DNA of 64,000 bases from an uncultured Bacteroides sp. (GTDB lineage: Bacteria > Bacteroidota > Bacteroidia > Bacteroidales > Muribaculaceae), in NCBI GenBank assembly GCA_964447895.1, contig CAYUUN010000003.1, positions 15,825 through 79,824 on the forward strand, read 5' to 3'. The position numbers and the translations under genes are program-made. Of the stretch, positions 1 to 8,744 are shown in pieces. The notes beneath the pieces are model-generated. The model had not been told where the DNA came from. It did no database searches and was given only the letters and a program-made list of their open reading frames with translations. How positions within the stretch are numbered: position 1 is the stretch's first letter; each line of letters opens with the position of its first letter.

Positions 1-1
1 A

Positions 2-164
2 GGAGGCTTTCAGCAAAAACTTTTCGCCGTTCGTGAACGAGCGCAATGTCGAGGAGCTCATGCAGGTATTCGACAGCGCGGCAAGAGATGTGGCCGGCAA
101 CGTGAGTGCCAAAATCGTGTGCTTCGACACTGCTGTAAAAGTCATTCTGCTTCTCACCCGATGA
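2..164 (+). CDS. C-terminal fragment of an unidentified protein (5' end outside the window)
   Basis: Frame-2 ORF is open from the window edge and ends ...AKIVCFDTAVKVILLLTR. Its TGA (162-164) overlaps the ATG (161-163) of the next gene as ATGA. I recognised no family. Confidence 0.4.
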   Translation, partial: EAFSKNFSPFVNERNVEELMQVFDSAARDVAGNVSAKIVCFDTAVKVILLLTR

Positions 165-3124
165 CACGCCACTTCCTCGTTCAGATTGCCGACCGATATG
201 TGTCGCCGGCAGAAAAGCACCACTTGGAGGACTATGTTTTCGTATTCCCCAACAAACGCAGCGCACGTTTCCTCAAGCACTACATGCAGCAGCGTGTCCG
301 GGGCACTTCGTTCATGCCTCGCTTCACCACTCTTGGAGCATTGATGTCGAGATTCTCCGATTTTCCGGAGGTGCGCCACAACGAGGCGCTGTTTGAGCTC
401 TACGATGCTTATCGCGAGGCGCTTGCCGCAGCCGGCAACGACAATCCGCGCGATTTCGACAAGTTCATTTTCTGGGGAGAGATGATGCTCTCCGATTTCG
501 AGGAGATAGACCGCAGCGCCGCGAGCGCCGAAAAGATCTACACCAATCTAAGCCGCCTCAAAGAAATATCCGCCGACTATCTCGAGGAAGAGCAGAAAGA
601 GGTCGTGCGCGAGATATGGGGCGAACAGGCTGTGCCGGAGTCGATAGATTCTTTCTGGCGTCATGTGGGCCGCGATGATAAGGAGATGTCGGGCCATTTT
701 GTGTCGTTGTGGGACTTGCTGGGCGACATCTACCGCCGGTTCAGGGACAAGTTGCTGAACAAAGGCCTGTGCACTGCCGCCATGCAGCAGAAAAGGGCTC
801 TCGAAGCGCTCCGCAGCAACGGACCTGCTCTTGTGGTGGGTCTTCATTACGTGTTTGTAGGTTTCGGGTCGCTGTCGGTGGTGGAAACTTTAATCTTCGA
901 CCGGTTTAAGGACCTCGGTGTAGCCACTTTCTACTGGGATGATGCATCGCCGTATATCAAATGTGGCGGAATAAATGCCGCGAGAGAGGCGGAGTTCGGC
1001 ATTCTTGACAAACTGATCGCGAGGTTTCCCATGCCTCCGGGAACAAAACTGGATGCCGTGGAGTGTGTTCCGCGCATAGATGTGATAGGAATTCCATCGA
1101 GGAGCGCTCAGGCAAAAGTCATGTGCGAGGTATTGACGGAATGGATCAAGAACGGCCAACTGAATCCGGCGAATGCCATCAACACGGCCGTGATTGTGCC
1201 GGATGAGAATCTCCTCATGTCCATTCTTCACACATTGCCGCCGGAGATTAAGGCAGTAAACATCACCATGGGCCTGCCCTTCGCAACCACTTCGTTTGCC
1301 GCTCTGCTGCGGGCGGCTGTTGCGTTGCAGATGCGTGCACGTCTTATCCGAGGGGAGTGGCGTATGTATCACGAGGACATCCTGGAGATCGTCAACCACC
1401 CTCACATCCGCACTGCCGCCCGCGCGGAGAGCGTGGCAATCAGAAAACTCATATTAGAGAAGAACCTTTACACGCTCACCACCGCCGAACTCCGTGAAGT
1501 AGCGCCATCGCTTGCGTTTATCTTCCGTGGCGTCGAGGATATCAATGCCGTAAGCGGTGTGCGGTCCTATATAGAAGACCTGCTCGACGGTCTGCTCAGG
1601 CTTCTGCGCGACAATGCAGGCACGGCGCCTGCCTGGGAAGCGGCTCTCATAGAATATCTTAGAAAAGAGATTACTGAATTGTCGGAACTGATACATGCAC
1701 ACGGGGTCACAGCCGGCGAGCGTTCGTATTTCACGTTGTTTGAACGTGCCATGCGTTCTTGCACCATCATGATGGAGGGCACGCCGCTGTGCGGGCTCCA
1801 GGTCATGGGCGTGCAGGAAACCCGCGCACTCGATTTCGACAACATCATTTTCATGTCGATGAACGAGCGCGTCTTTCCACGTCGCGCCTCTGCCAAAACG
1901 ATGCTGCCCAACAATATACGTGCCGGTTATGGGCTGCCGCCCGTCGACCGCGCCGAAAGCGATGCTGCCTATGTGTTTTATCGTCTGATAGCCCGTGCGA
2001 GAAATGTAGCGCTCATATATGACTCGCGCGACGCCTCCTCGGGCTCGGGCGAAGCGTCACGCTTTATATCTCAGCTCAGGTATCTTTACCCGGCCGGAAA
2101 TCTTCACATGATGGCCGTGAACATGGGTGCCAATGCTCCGGAAAAACGCGTTATTTCCATAAAGAAGACCGGCGACATCATAAAAAAGCTCGATGCTTTC
2201 CGTCCCGGGGGACGTGCTTTTATCTCGGCATCGGCGCTCAAGACGTTCAAACACTGCCCACTGAAGTTTTATCTTCAGAATGTGTGTGGCATGCGCGGCG
2301 AAGACAGCGTCACGGAATACATGACCTCGGCCCAGTATGGCACTATCCTGCACGCAGCCGCCCAGCGGATATATGAGGATTATAAAGGCAAACCCATAAC
2401 CGCAGCGGTGCTGGCCGGACTTGCGACGGATGTAAAGGCCCGCTACACGTCGATGGTTGAACAGATTATCCAGCGTGAGTACTATCACCGCGAGGCGGCC
2501 CCGGGTGTGGAACTGCCCGTGGAAGGCCAGATTGTGCGCGACCTCATTCTCGATTTCCTGCAATCGATGTTCCGCCACGAAATGCACGCGTGGTGCCCCG
2601 CTGCTTCGGACTCTTTTGAATTTCTCGAAGCCGAGAAACGTGTCGATGGTCCCTGGCAAGTGACGCCGGAGCTCTCCATAAATTTCAAAATGTACATCGA
2701 CCGCGTGGACCGCACGGCCCGAGGCTTGAGGTTCATAGATTACAAGACCGGTGGCGACCTCACGGAGGCCTCGTCCATTGATAATCTTTTCGGAGACGAC
2801 AGCCGTTACGACGCCATGCTTCAGATACTTGCCTACTGTGAGGCATACGCTGATATGAGAGAAGAGCTTCCCATTCAGCCGGTGCTCTATCGCTTCCGGT
2901 CAATGGATTGCGAGGGCGGTATCTTGCCACTGACGATAGGCGGCGAAGAAGTGGCCGATTTCCACTGTGTTAGCCCGGAGTTCCGTCCACGGCTAAACGA
3001 ACTTATTTCAGACATTTTCAATCCTGAAAAGCCTTTCTGTCAGGCGCCTGAAGGTTCGCACACATGCAACTACTGCGTGTTTGCACCCATGTGTGGCCGT
3101 CTGCCCGAGAGCTACGAGGGATAA
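161..3124 (+). CDS. AddB-like PD-(D/E)XK helicase-nuclease subunit with a C-terminal Fe-S (iron-staple) nuclease domain
   Basis: 987 aa. C-terminal RecB-type nuclease motifs (YIDRVDR...RFIDYKTG, QILAYCEAY) are bracketed by Cys residues (FKHCPLKF ... CQAPEGSHTCNYCVFAPMC), as in AddB. I saw no GxGK[ST] Walker A in the N-terminal half. Start set at ATG 161 (MTRHFLVQIADRY), not ORF-track 119. Confidence 0.75.
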   Translation: MTRHFLVQIADRYVSPAEKHHLEDYVFVFPNKRSARFLKHYMQQRVRGTSFMPRFTTLGALMSRFSDFPEVRHNEALFELYDAYREALAAAGNDNPRDFDKFIFWGEMMLSDFEEIDRSAASAEKIYTNLSRLKEISADYLEEEQKEVVREIWGEQAVPESIDSFWRHVGRDDKEMSGHFVSLWDLLGDIYRRFRDKLLNKGLCTAAMQQKRALEALRSNGPALVVGLHYVFVGFGSLSVVETLIFDRFKDLGVATFYWDDASPYIKCGGINAAREAEFGILDKLIARFPMPPGTKLDAVECVPRIDVIGIPSRSAQAKVMCEVLTEWIKNGQLNPANAINTAVIVPDENLLMSILHTLPPEIKAVNITMGLPFATTSFAALLRAAVALQMRARLIRGEWRMYHEDILEIVNHPHIRTAARAESVAIRKLILEKNLYTLTTAELREVAPSLAFIFRGVEDINAVSGVRSYIEDLLDGLLRLLRDNAGTAPAWEAALIEYLRKEITELSELIHAHGVTAGERSYFTLFERAMRSCTIMMEGTPLCGLQVMGVQETRALDFDNIIFMSMNERVFPRRASAKTMLPNNIRAGYGLPPVDRAESDAAYVFYRLIARARNVALIYDSRDASSGSGEASRFISQLRYLYPAGNLHMMAVNMGANAPEKRVISIKKTGDIIKKLDAFRPGGRAFISASALKTFKHCPLKFYLQNVCGMRGEDSVTEYMTSAQYGTILHAAAQRIYEDYKGKPITAAVLAGLATDVKARYTSMVEQIIQREYYHREAAPGVELPVEGQIVRDLILDFLQSMFRHEMHAWCPAASDSFEFLEAEKRVDGPWQVTPELSINFKMYIDRVDRTARGLRFIDYKTGGDLTEASSIDNLFGDDSRYDAMLQILAYCEAYADMREELPIQPVLYRFRSMDCEGGILPLTIGGEEVADFHCVSPEFRPRLNELISDIFNPEKPFCQAPEGSHTCNYCVFAPMCGRLPESYEG

Positions 3125-3138
3125 ATCCACCAGCGACC

Positions 3139-4236
3139 ATGGCCGGAATCTATGTGCACATACCTTTTTGCCACGCAAAGTGTGCCTACTGTGATTTTTT
3201 CTCCACTCCGCGCACCGACAGGGCTCAGGATGTTGTGGCGGGAATCATATCCGAATATTCTGCGAGAATAGATGAGCTCGGAGGCGAAAAGATCAGCACG
3301 GTGTATTTCGGAGGTGGTACGCCATCGTGCCTGCCGCAGAAAATGCTGAGCGACATCGTTGCGGCACTTCCCTTTGAGAATGCTGTCGAAAAAACCATAG
3401 AGGTAAATCCCGAAGACGTCAATGCGGAAAATGCGTATTTCTGGCGGGCAATGGGATTCAACCGCGTGAGCATGGGTGTGCAGAGCCTTAACGATGCTGA
3501 ACTTGCTATCGTGGGACGGCGCCACACTTCCCACGAAGCCCTCCACGCAATAGACACCCTGCGCCAAGCCGGATTCGACAACATAAGTTGCGATCTGATT
3601 TACGGCTTGCCTGCTCAGACGCTTGAATCGTGGAAATACAGTCTGGCGACCCTGCTGGACAAGAATATCGAACACCTCTCGGCTTATTCGCTCAGCTACG
3701 AACCGGGCACGCGACTAACAGCCATGCTGAGCGCCGGAAAAATAAAACCCGTAGACGACGATACGGTCGCCGATATGTACAATCTGCTGTGCCAAGTTGC
3801 CTCCGAGCGGGGCTTCGAGCATTACGAGATTAGCAATTTCGCGATGCCCGGCCGGCGCTCGCGGCACAACTCTTCCTATTGGGACTACACGCCTTACCTC
3901 GGGCTCGGGCCCGGTGCGCACAGCCTTGACAGCAAGGGTGTGCGCCGCGCCTGCCCCACATCTATACAGCGATGGCTTGAGCAAGGAGCACAGGTGGAGA
4001 CTGAAACAGAGACCGACAGGCTCAACGATTTCATAATCACCGGACTGCGCACGGCTGATGGCCTCGATCTGGAGCGTATAGCTGATTCGTCGATAAAAAA
4101 CCGGATATTGAAGAGCGCCGCCACGCACTTGCAGACCGGTGCAGTAGTCCGCGCCGGCAGTCGCCTGCGAATACCGGAACGCCAATGGCTCATTTCCGAT
4201 GCCATTATGCGCGACTTGATAATATTGTCTCAATAA
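3139..4236 (+). CDS. hemW: Radical SAM heme chaperone HemW / oxygen-independent coproporphyrinogen-III oxidase family
   Basis: CxxxCxxC motif in MAGIYVHIPFCHAKCAYCDFFS, a GGGTPS motif and a HemN_C-like tail. Start moved to ATG 3139, because ORF-track start 3064 lies inside the upstream gene. Confidence 0.85.
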   Translation: MAGIYVHIPFCHAKCAYCDFFSTPRTDRAQDVVAGIISEYSARIDELGGEKISTVYFGGGTPSCLPQKMLSDIVAALPFENAVEKTIEVNPEDVNAENAYFWRAMGFNRVSMGVQSLNDAELAIVGRRHTSHEALHAIDTLRQAGFDNISCDLIYGLPAQTLESWKYSLATLLDKNIEHLSAYSLSYEPGTRLTAMLSAGKIKPVDDDTVADMYNLLCQVASERGFEHYEISNFAMPGRRSRHNSSYWDYTPYLGLGPGAHSLDSKGVRRACPTSIQRWLEQGAQVETETETDRLNDFIITGLRTADGLDLERIADSSIKNRILKSAATHLQTGAVVRAGSRLRIPERQWLISDAIMRDLIILSQ

Positions 4237-4276
4237 CTTTTAACGCATTTTTTTGCCTCAGTTGAGAAATCTTTCC

Positions 4277-4284
4277 TATCTTTA
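4277..4284 (+). promoter_or_regulatory. Possible -7 promoter box for tdk (imperfect)
   Basis: TATCTTTA matches 7 of 8 positions of the TAnnTTTG consensus. A TTTG at 4252-4255 sits 21 nt upstream (-33-like). It lies 23 nt upstream of the tdk ATG. Confidence 0.3.
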
Positions 4285-4307
4285 CAGCATAATTTCAACT
4301 CACAACG

Positions 4308-4946
4308 ATGTACCGTTACAAAAAAGGCAAACTATATTTCCGCTACGGAACCATGGGCTCGGCAAAAACCGCGCTGCTGCTAACTACTGCATATAATTTT
4401 GAAGAACGCGGCATGAGCTACCACTGCATGAAACCGGCCACCGACACCCGCGATGGCGAAAACGTGATAAAGTCGCGAATAGGCATCCAGCGCAACTGCA
4501 CGTGGATTTTCCCGGAGACGGATCTTTACGAGGTGGCCCGCGAAAATGTGGAAAAGACCGGAACGAGCGTCGACTGGTATCTCATAGACGAGGCGCAGTT
4601 CCTCAGCACGTCGCAGGTCGACCAGCTGAGCCGCATCGTCGACGACTTCGGCAGCAACGTCATCTGCTATGGCCTGCGTACCGATTTCCAGAGCCATCTT
4701 TTCGAGGGCTCGAAGCGCCTTTTTGAAATTGCCGACACCATCGACGAGATAAAATCCACCTGCAACTGCGGCAACAAGACCATTATCAACGCCCGTATCG
4801 ACTCCAACGGCGACATCGTGGAGGAGGGTGCCCTGGTTGAGATTGGTGGCGACGACAAGTATGTGGCCGTGTGCCGCAAATGTTGGCGCAACAAGCGTAT
4901 CACGCTTGCCCGCCGCGACACACTTCCCCTCTTCAACGACAATTAA
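4308..4946 (+). CDS. tdk: Thymidine kinase
   Basis: P-loop GTMGSAKTALLL, Walker B IDEAQFL and a C-terminal zinc ribbon CNCGNK...CRKCW. 212 aa. Confidence 0.95.
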   Translation: MYRYKKGKLYFRYGTMGSAKTALLLTTAYNFEERGMSYHCMKPATDTRDGENVIKSRIGIQRNCTWIFPETDLYEVARENVEKTGTSVDWYLIDEAQFLSTSQVDQLSRIVDDFGSNVICYGLRTDFQSHLFEGSKRLFEIADTIDEIKSTCNCGNKTIINARIDSNGDIVEEGALVEIGGDDKYVAVCRKCWRNKRITLARRDTLPLFNDN

Positions 4947-4959
4947 GACATTCCACGCT

Positions 4960-5721
4960 ATGCGCCGATTGATTCATGTACTCATCCTTGCCTTGCTGCT
5001 TCCCGCAACGCTGTGTGCGCGCAGTTTCAACAACGAGACTCTGCGCTACAAGGTGCTCTACAAATGGGGCCTCATAAATAAGACAGCCGGCTATGCCGAT
5101 ATTACGATGCGGCCTGCCGGCGACGGCAAGTGCACCGGCACCCTCACGGCAGCTTCCGAGCCCTGGGCCGACCGTTTTTTCAAGGTGCGCGACACGCTGG
5201 TGTCCTCCATGCGCGAAGCCGATTTCACACCTTTCCGCTACGAAAAGAAAGCCCACGAGGGAAACGAGGCGAAGCACGACATCGTGGAGTTCACCCGAAA
5301 CGGGTATAAATTCACAGGCCAGTGCATCCGCAAGGTTTGGAAAAAAGGAAAGATATTCCGCGATGAGACGCGCACGCTCTCGGCCGTGGGCACCACGGTG
5401 GACATGATGTCGTCGTTCTACTACATGCGCAATCTGCCCTACGAGCAATGGCAACCCGGCCACACAACCACGATCAATATCTTCTCAGGCAAGCAGCAGG
5501 AGAAACTCACCCTGAAATACCAGGGTACCGACGAGGTGGACCTCAACGGCAAGTCGCACAAATGCTACCACATTACCTTCATTTTCACGGGCGACGGCGG
5601 AAAAAAGACATCGGACAACATGGACGCATGGATAAGCGCCAATGATGCCCGCATCCCTCTGAAACTCGAGGGCAAACTGCCTGTGGGAAAAGTGCAGTGC
5701 TTCCTGGACTCGGGTCTATAA
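4960..5721 (+). CDS. DUF3108-like secreted or outer-membrane beta-rich protein
   Basis: Signal peptide MRRLIHVLILALLLPATLCA, then a sequence I recognise as DUF3108-like (YKVLYKWGLINKTAGYADI..., AWISANDARIPLKLEGKLPVGKV). Start moved to ATG 4960. Confidence 0.7.
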   Translation: MRRLIHVLILALLLPATLCARSFNNETLRYKVLYKWGLINKTAGYADITMRPAGDGKCTGTLTAASEPWADRFFKVRDTLVSSMREADFTPFRYEKKAHEGNEAKHDIVEFTRNGYKFTGQCIRKVWKKGKIFRDETRTLSAVGTTVDMMSSFYYMRNLPYEQWQPGHTTTINIFSGKQQEKLTLKYQGTDEVDLNGKSHKCYHITFIFTGDGGKKTSDNMDAWISANDARIPLKLEGKLPVGKVQCFLDSGL

Positions 5722-6417
5722 GCGGCCGCTCGCAAGCCACCAGGCAAAACGCCAGTATCTGATTTTGCGCTTGATGCGCTTCGGGTCGGTGAGCACCTGG
5801 TAAAGCGACTCAAGATGATGGTCGCTCCACCACTGGCCGGCCCGCTTGTTCCGGCCGGTGTACACGTCGAAGCTGCCGCCGAGCCCCTGGTAGATGGCAG
5901 CCGGATGCAGCCTCTGCATCTCGGCCATGAGTAGCTCCTGCCGGGGTGATCCCATAGCCACAAACACCACATCGGGCTTCTTTTCGGCTATATCGTTCAG
6001 CAACTCCTGTTTTTCGCCATCGTTAGCAAAAAAACCGTTGCGGCGCCCTGCGATCTTTATACCCGGGAACTGTGCACGAAGTTTTTCTACCGTCTCGCGG
6101 TTCACTTCTTCTGACGCACCTACTATATAAAATGACTTTTCGTGCTGAAAGCGCTCGACGATAAGCAGCCACAGGTCGCACCCGGCCACCTTGCACACAT
6201 CCTTGAAACCTTTTTTGCGCAGGGCAAGCACGGGGCCACTTCCGTCACAGTAGCCAATGTTGTTGTTGATAATATCGCGTGTGACGTCTGTGGCATACAT
6301 CACCTTTTCGGCATTTATAGCCACAAGTATTCCCTTTTTGCCGGCGGCAAAGTCGATGATATCATCGGCCGACCGGAAGGGATATACTCCCACGCCTTTT
6401 AAATAGACTCTTTCCAT
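5716..6417 (-). CDS. WecB/TagA/CpsF family glycosyltransferase (GT26)
   Basis: 233 aa with INAEKVMYA, GYCDGSGPVLALRKKG and PDVVFVAMGSPRQE motifs typical of WecG/TagA-type N-acetylmannosaminyl/uronosyl transferases. Confidence 0.85.
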   Translation of the reverse strand: MERVYLKGVGVYPFRSADDIIDFAAGKKGILVAINAEKVMYATDVTRDIINNNIGYCDGSGPVLALRKKGFKDVCKVAGCDLWLLIVERFQHEKSFYIVGASEEVNRETVEKLRAQFPGIKIAGRRNGFFANDGEKQELLNDIAEKKPDVVFVAMGSPRQELLMAEMQRLHPAAIYQGLGGSFDVYTGRNKRAGQWWSDHHLESLYQVLTDPKRIKRKIRYWRFAWWLASGRL

Positions 6418-6444
6418 CGGACTGCAAATTTACGAAATTTACAG

Positions 6445-7581
6445 TTACCTACCAAAAGCAGCTATCGCACGGGCCACTCTTTCTATCTGTCCGTCGCTCA
6501 GGCCAGAACCGCTGGGGATGCACAACCCGCTGTCAAACAGGCGTTCTTCCACGCCGCCGGTGCTGTAGTAGGGCGCGTCGGCAAATACGGGCTGCATGTG
6601 CATCGGGCGCCACAGCAGCCGGCTCTCGATGTCCTGTTCTCCCAGCGCCAGGCGCAGTTCGTCGGGCGTGTGTCCGCACGCTTTGTCCAGAGTGATTGTC
6701 GATAGCCAGAAGTTGCTGTCGAAATCAGCCGAGGGATTGTCCATCACTTTAAGCCACGAAAGCCCCGATAGCAAACTGCCGTACATCGCATGAATTTCAC
6801 GGCGGCGTGCAAGATGTTCGTCGAGCACCTCCATCTGTCCGATTCCTATGCCGGCGCACACATTGCTCAGACGATAGTTGTAGCCTATCACTTCATGGTA
6901 ATAGTAGGGCCTGTTTTCGCGTGCCTGGGTGGCGTAGAACTTCACCCGGGCGGCTGCCTCCGCGTCGGGACACACAAGCGCACCGCCGCCGGATGTCGTG
7001 ATTATTTTATTGCCGTTGAAACTCAGGGCCGCATAGCGTCCGAATGTGCCGCATTTTCGGCCGCACAACTCCGAGCCGAGCGCTTCGGCAGCGTCTTCGA
7101 GCACGGGAATGCCCCATTTATCGGCCACGGCGCATATTTCGTTCATTTTCGCAGGCATACCGTAGAGGTGCACCGGAATGATAGCCTTGGGTTTTCGCCC
7201 GGTCTTCTCGATGCGGTCGGCTATGCAGCTGTCCAGGGCCGCAGGGTCCATGTTCCAGGTGTCGCTTTCACTGCCCACGAATACGGGGTTGGCTCCTAAA
7301 TAGCGCACGGGATTGGCCGATGCCGAGAATGTGAATGACTGACACACAACCTCGTCGCCGGGCTCGACCCCCAGCATTACCAGTCCGAGGTGGAGGGCAG
7401 CAGTGCCGGCGCTGAGTGCCACCACCCTTCCGGGAGTGCCGAGATATTCTCCGAGCAGTCGCTCGAATTCATCCACATTGGGGCCAAGCGGCACAATCCA
7501 TCCGGTTTTAAATGCCTGATCTATCCAGTATTGCTCGCGACCACCCATGTGGGCAAGCGACAGCTTTATTGAGTTATCCAT
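6445..7581 (-). CDS. DegT/DnrJ/EryC1/StrS family sugar aminotransferase
   Basis: 378 aa. PLP fold with the Schiff-base lysine in SFNGNKIITTSGGGA. N-terminal GPNVDEFE motif. Confidence 0.9.
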   Translation of the reverse strand: MDNSIKLSLAHMGGREQYWIDQAFKTGWIVPLGPNVDEFERLLGEYLGTPGRVVALSAGTAALHLGLVMLGVEPGDEVVCQSFTFSASANPVRYLGANPVFVGSESDTWNMDPAALDSCIADRIEKTGRKPKAIIPVHLYGMPAKMNEICAVADKWGIPVLEDAAEALGSELCGRKCGTFGRYAALSFNGNKIITTSGGGALVCPDAEAAARVKFYATQARENRPYYYHEVIGYNYRLSNVCAGIGIGQMEVLDEHLARRREIHAMYGSLLSGLSWLKVMDNPSADFDSNFWLSTITLDKACGHTPDELRLALGEQDIESRLLWRPMHMQPVFADAPYYSTGGVEERLFDSGLCIPSGSGLSDGQIERVARAIAAFGR

Positions 7582-7593
7582 ATATCAGTGAAT

Positions 7594-8673
7594 CTATTTC
7601 TGTTTTTTAAAGAACTGCGGGAGACGGCCACACATCAGCCAGGAAAGCAGGCCTGAAGGCTGCAAAATGCGATTGACACACAGCACCACGGCTATGATGC
7701 ATGCCGCCACAACGGCGCTGAACACCAGTAGTGGCACAAACGACAGACCGCAATCTGTGAGGGCGCCACGCACGCAGCCGAGAGGAAAGAGGAAAAAGTA
7801 ATGCAGGAGATAAATGGCCAGACTTTCTTTTCCAAGATAAACCCAGGCGCGGGCCAGCGGTTTCCCGTTTCGCGGAGCATCAACGCCGAAAGCCTCGATA
7901 CTCCAGGGTTTTACCACCGCTATTCCCACTATTGCAAGACATGCACGGAGAACTATCTTATTTACGTCCTGCAAGACTTCGCCAAGCCATGGGAATTCCC
8001 ACGGCCAGCACTCCAAGTACATGGAGAAACAGCACACTACTATAGCAGCAGTAAATACAATCGGCGATGTTACCAGTTTGTCAAATTCTTCCTTGTGGCG
8101 GTGGGCAAGAGCTCCGAAACAAAAAACCGGGAAGAAGCTCACGAGCAGCTGGAGACTGAGGACGTCACAAACCGGCGCGGGGCACAATAGAAATAATAAA
8201 TAAAGAGCAACGCTTGCGAGCAAGTACACTGCGATTTCTGCAACGAAAGATTTTACGCGCTTAAGCAAAGGATTGACAGCTGCATATACAGCTATTATTT
8301 CAAACAGCACAAGCGTGAACCAGTATCCATTTTTCCACTGATCATGCCACAATCCCGAAAATGTGCTGTTTAGGGGACTCTGCAATCCGGAGTGAGGAAA
8401 ATACCATACCCACAGGCTGCTCATGAAGGCCATGGGCACAAGCAGTTGGGCGGCGCGCTTTCCGAGCCCCACCCCGCGACCGTCGGCCTTGTAGGTCATC
8501 CAGCCGCTGATAAAGAAGAACAGCGGCATGTGCACGGCACCGATAAACTTGAATAAAGGCGCGCGGTCGATTTCCCTTACACACATCGTGAGCACATGGC
8601 CCATCACAACCATAAAAATGGCTATGCCTTTCAGCATGTCGAAGTAGTGCAGGCGCTGTTTAACTGCTGTCAT
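7594..8673 (-). CDS. Acyltransferase family 3 integral membrane O-acyltransferase
   Basis: 359 aa and highly hydrophobic, with about 10 TM segments. N-terminal FDMLKGIAIFMVVMGHV motif of acyltransferase_3. Confidence 0.8.
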   Translation of the reverse strand: MTAVKQRLHYFDMLKGIAIFMVVMGHVLTMCVREIDRAPLFKFIGAVHMPLFFFISGWMTYKADGRGVGLGKRAAQLLVPMAFMSSLWVWYFPHSGLQSPLNSTFSGLWHDQWKNGYWFTLVLFEIIAVYAAVNPLLKRVKSFVAEIAVYLLASVALYLLFLLCPAPVCDVLSLQLLVSFFPVFCFGALAHRHKEEFDKLVTSPIVFTAAIVVCCFSMYLECWPWEFPWLGEVLQDVNKIVLRACLAIVGIAVVKPWSIEAFGVDAPRNGKPLARAWVYLGKESLAIYLLHYFFLFPLGCVRGALTDCGLSFVPLLVFSAVVAACIIAVVLCVNRILQPSGLLSWLMCGRLPQFFKKQK

Positions 8674-8698
8674 AAATTATCCGTTCGTGGTTTGGGTG

Positions 8699-8706
8699 CA
8701 AATTTA
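8699..8706 (-). promoter_or_regulatory. -7 promoter box for the acyltransferase/DegT/TagA-like operon
   Basis: Minus strand reads TAAATTTG (TAnnTTTG). It lies 25 nt upstream of ATG 8673. Confidence 0.4.
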
Positions 8707-8729
8707 GTCAATTTTCCGCGGAAATTTCG

Positions 8730-8737
8730 TAATTTTG
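8730..8737 (+). promoter_or_regulatory. -7 promoter box for the men operon (near-leaderless)
   Basis: TAATTTTG. Only 7 nt separate it from the menD ATG at 8745. Confidence 0.5.
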
Positions 8738-8744
8738 TCGTGAA

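Noticed and set aside
4249-4263. An exact 15-mer, ttttttgcctcagtt, shared between the hemW-tdk gap and the pgk terminator region (45187-45201).
   Set aside because: It is T-rich and short. A few such matches are expected by chance in 64 kb, the flanks do not align, and spacing to the promoter boxes differs.
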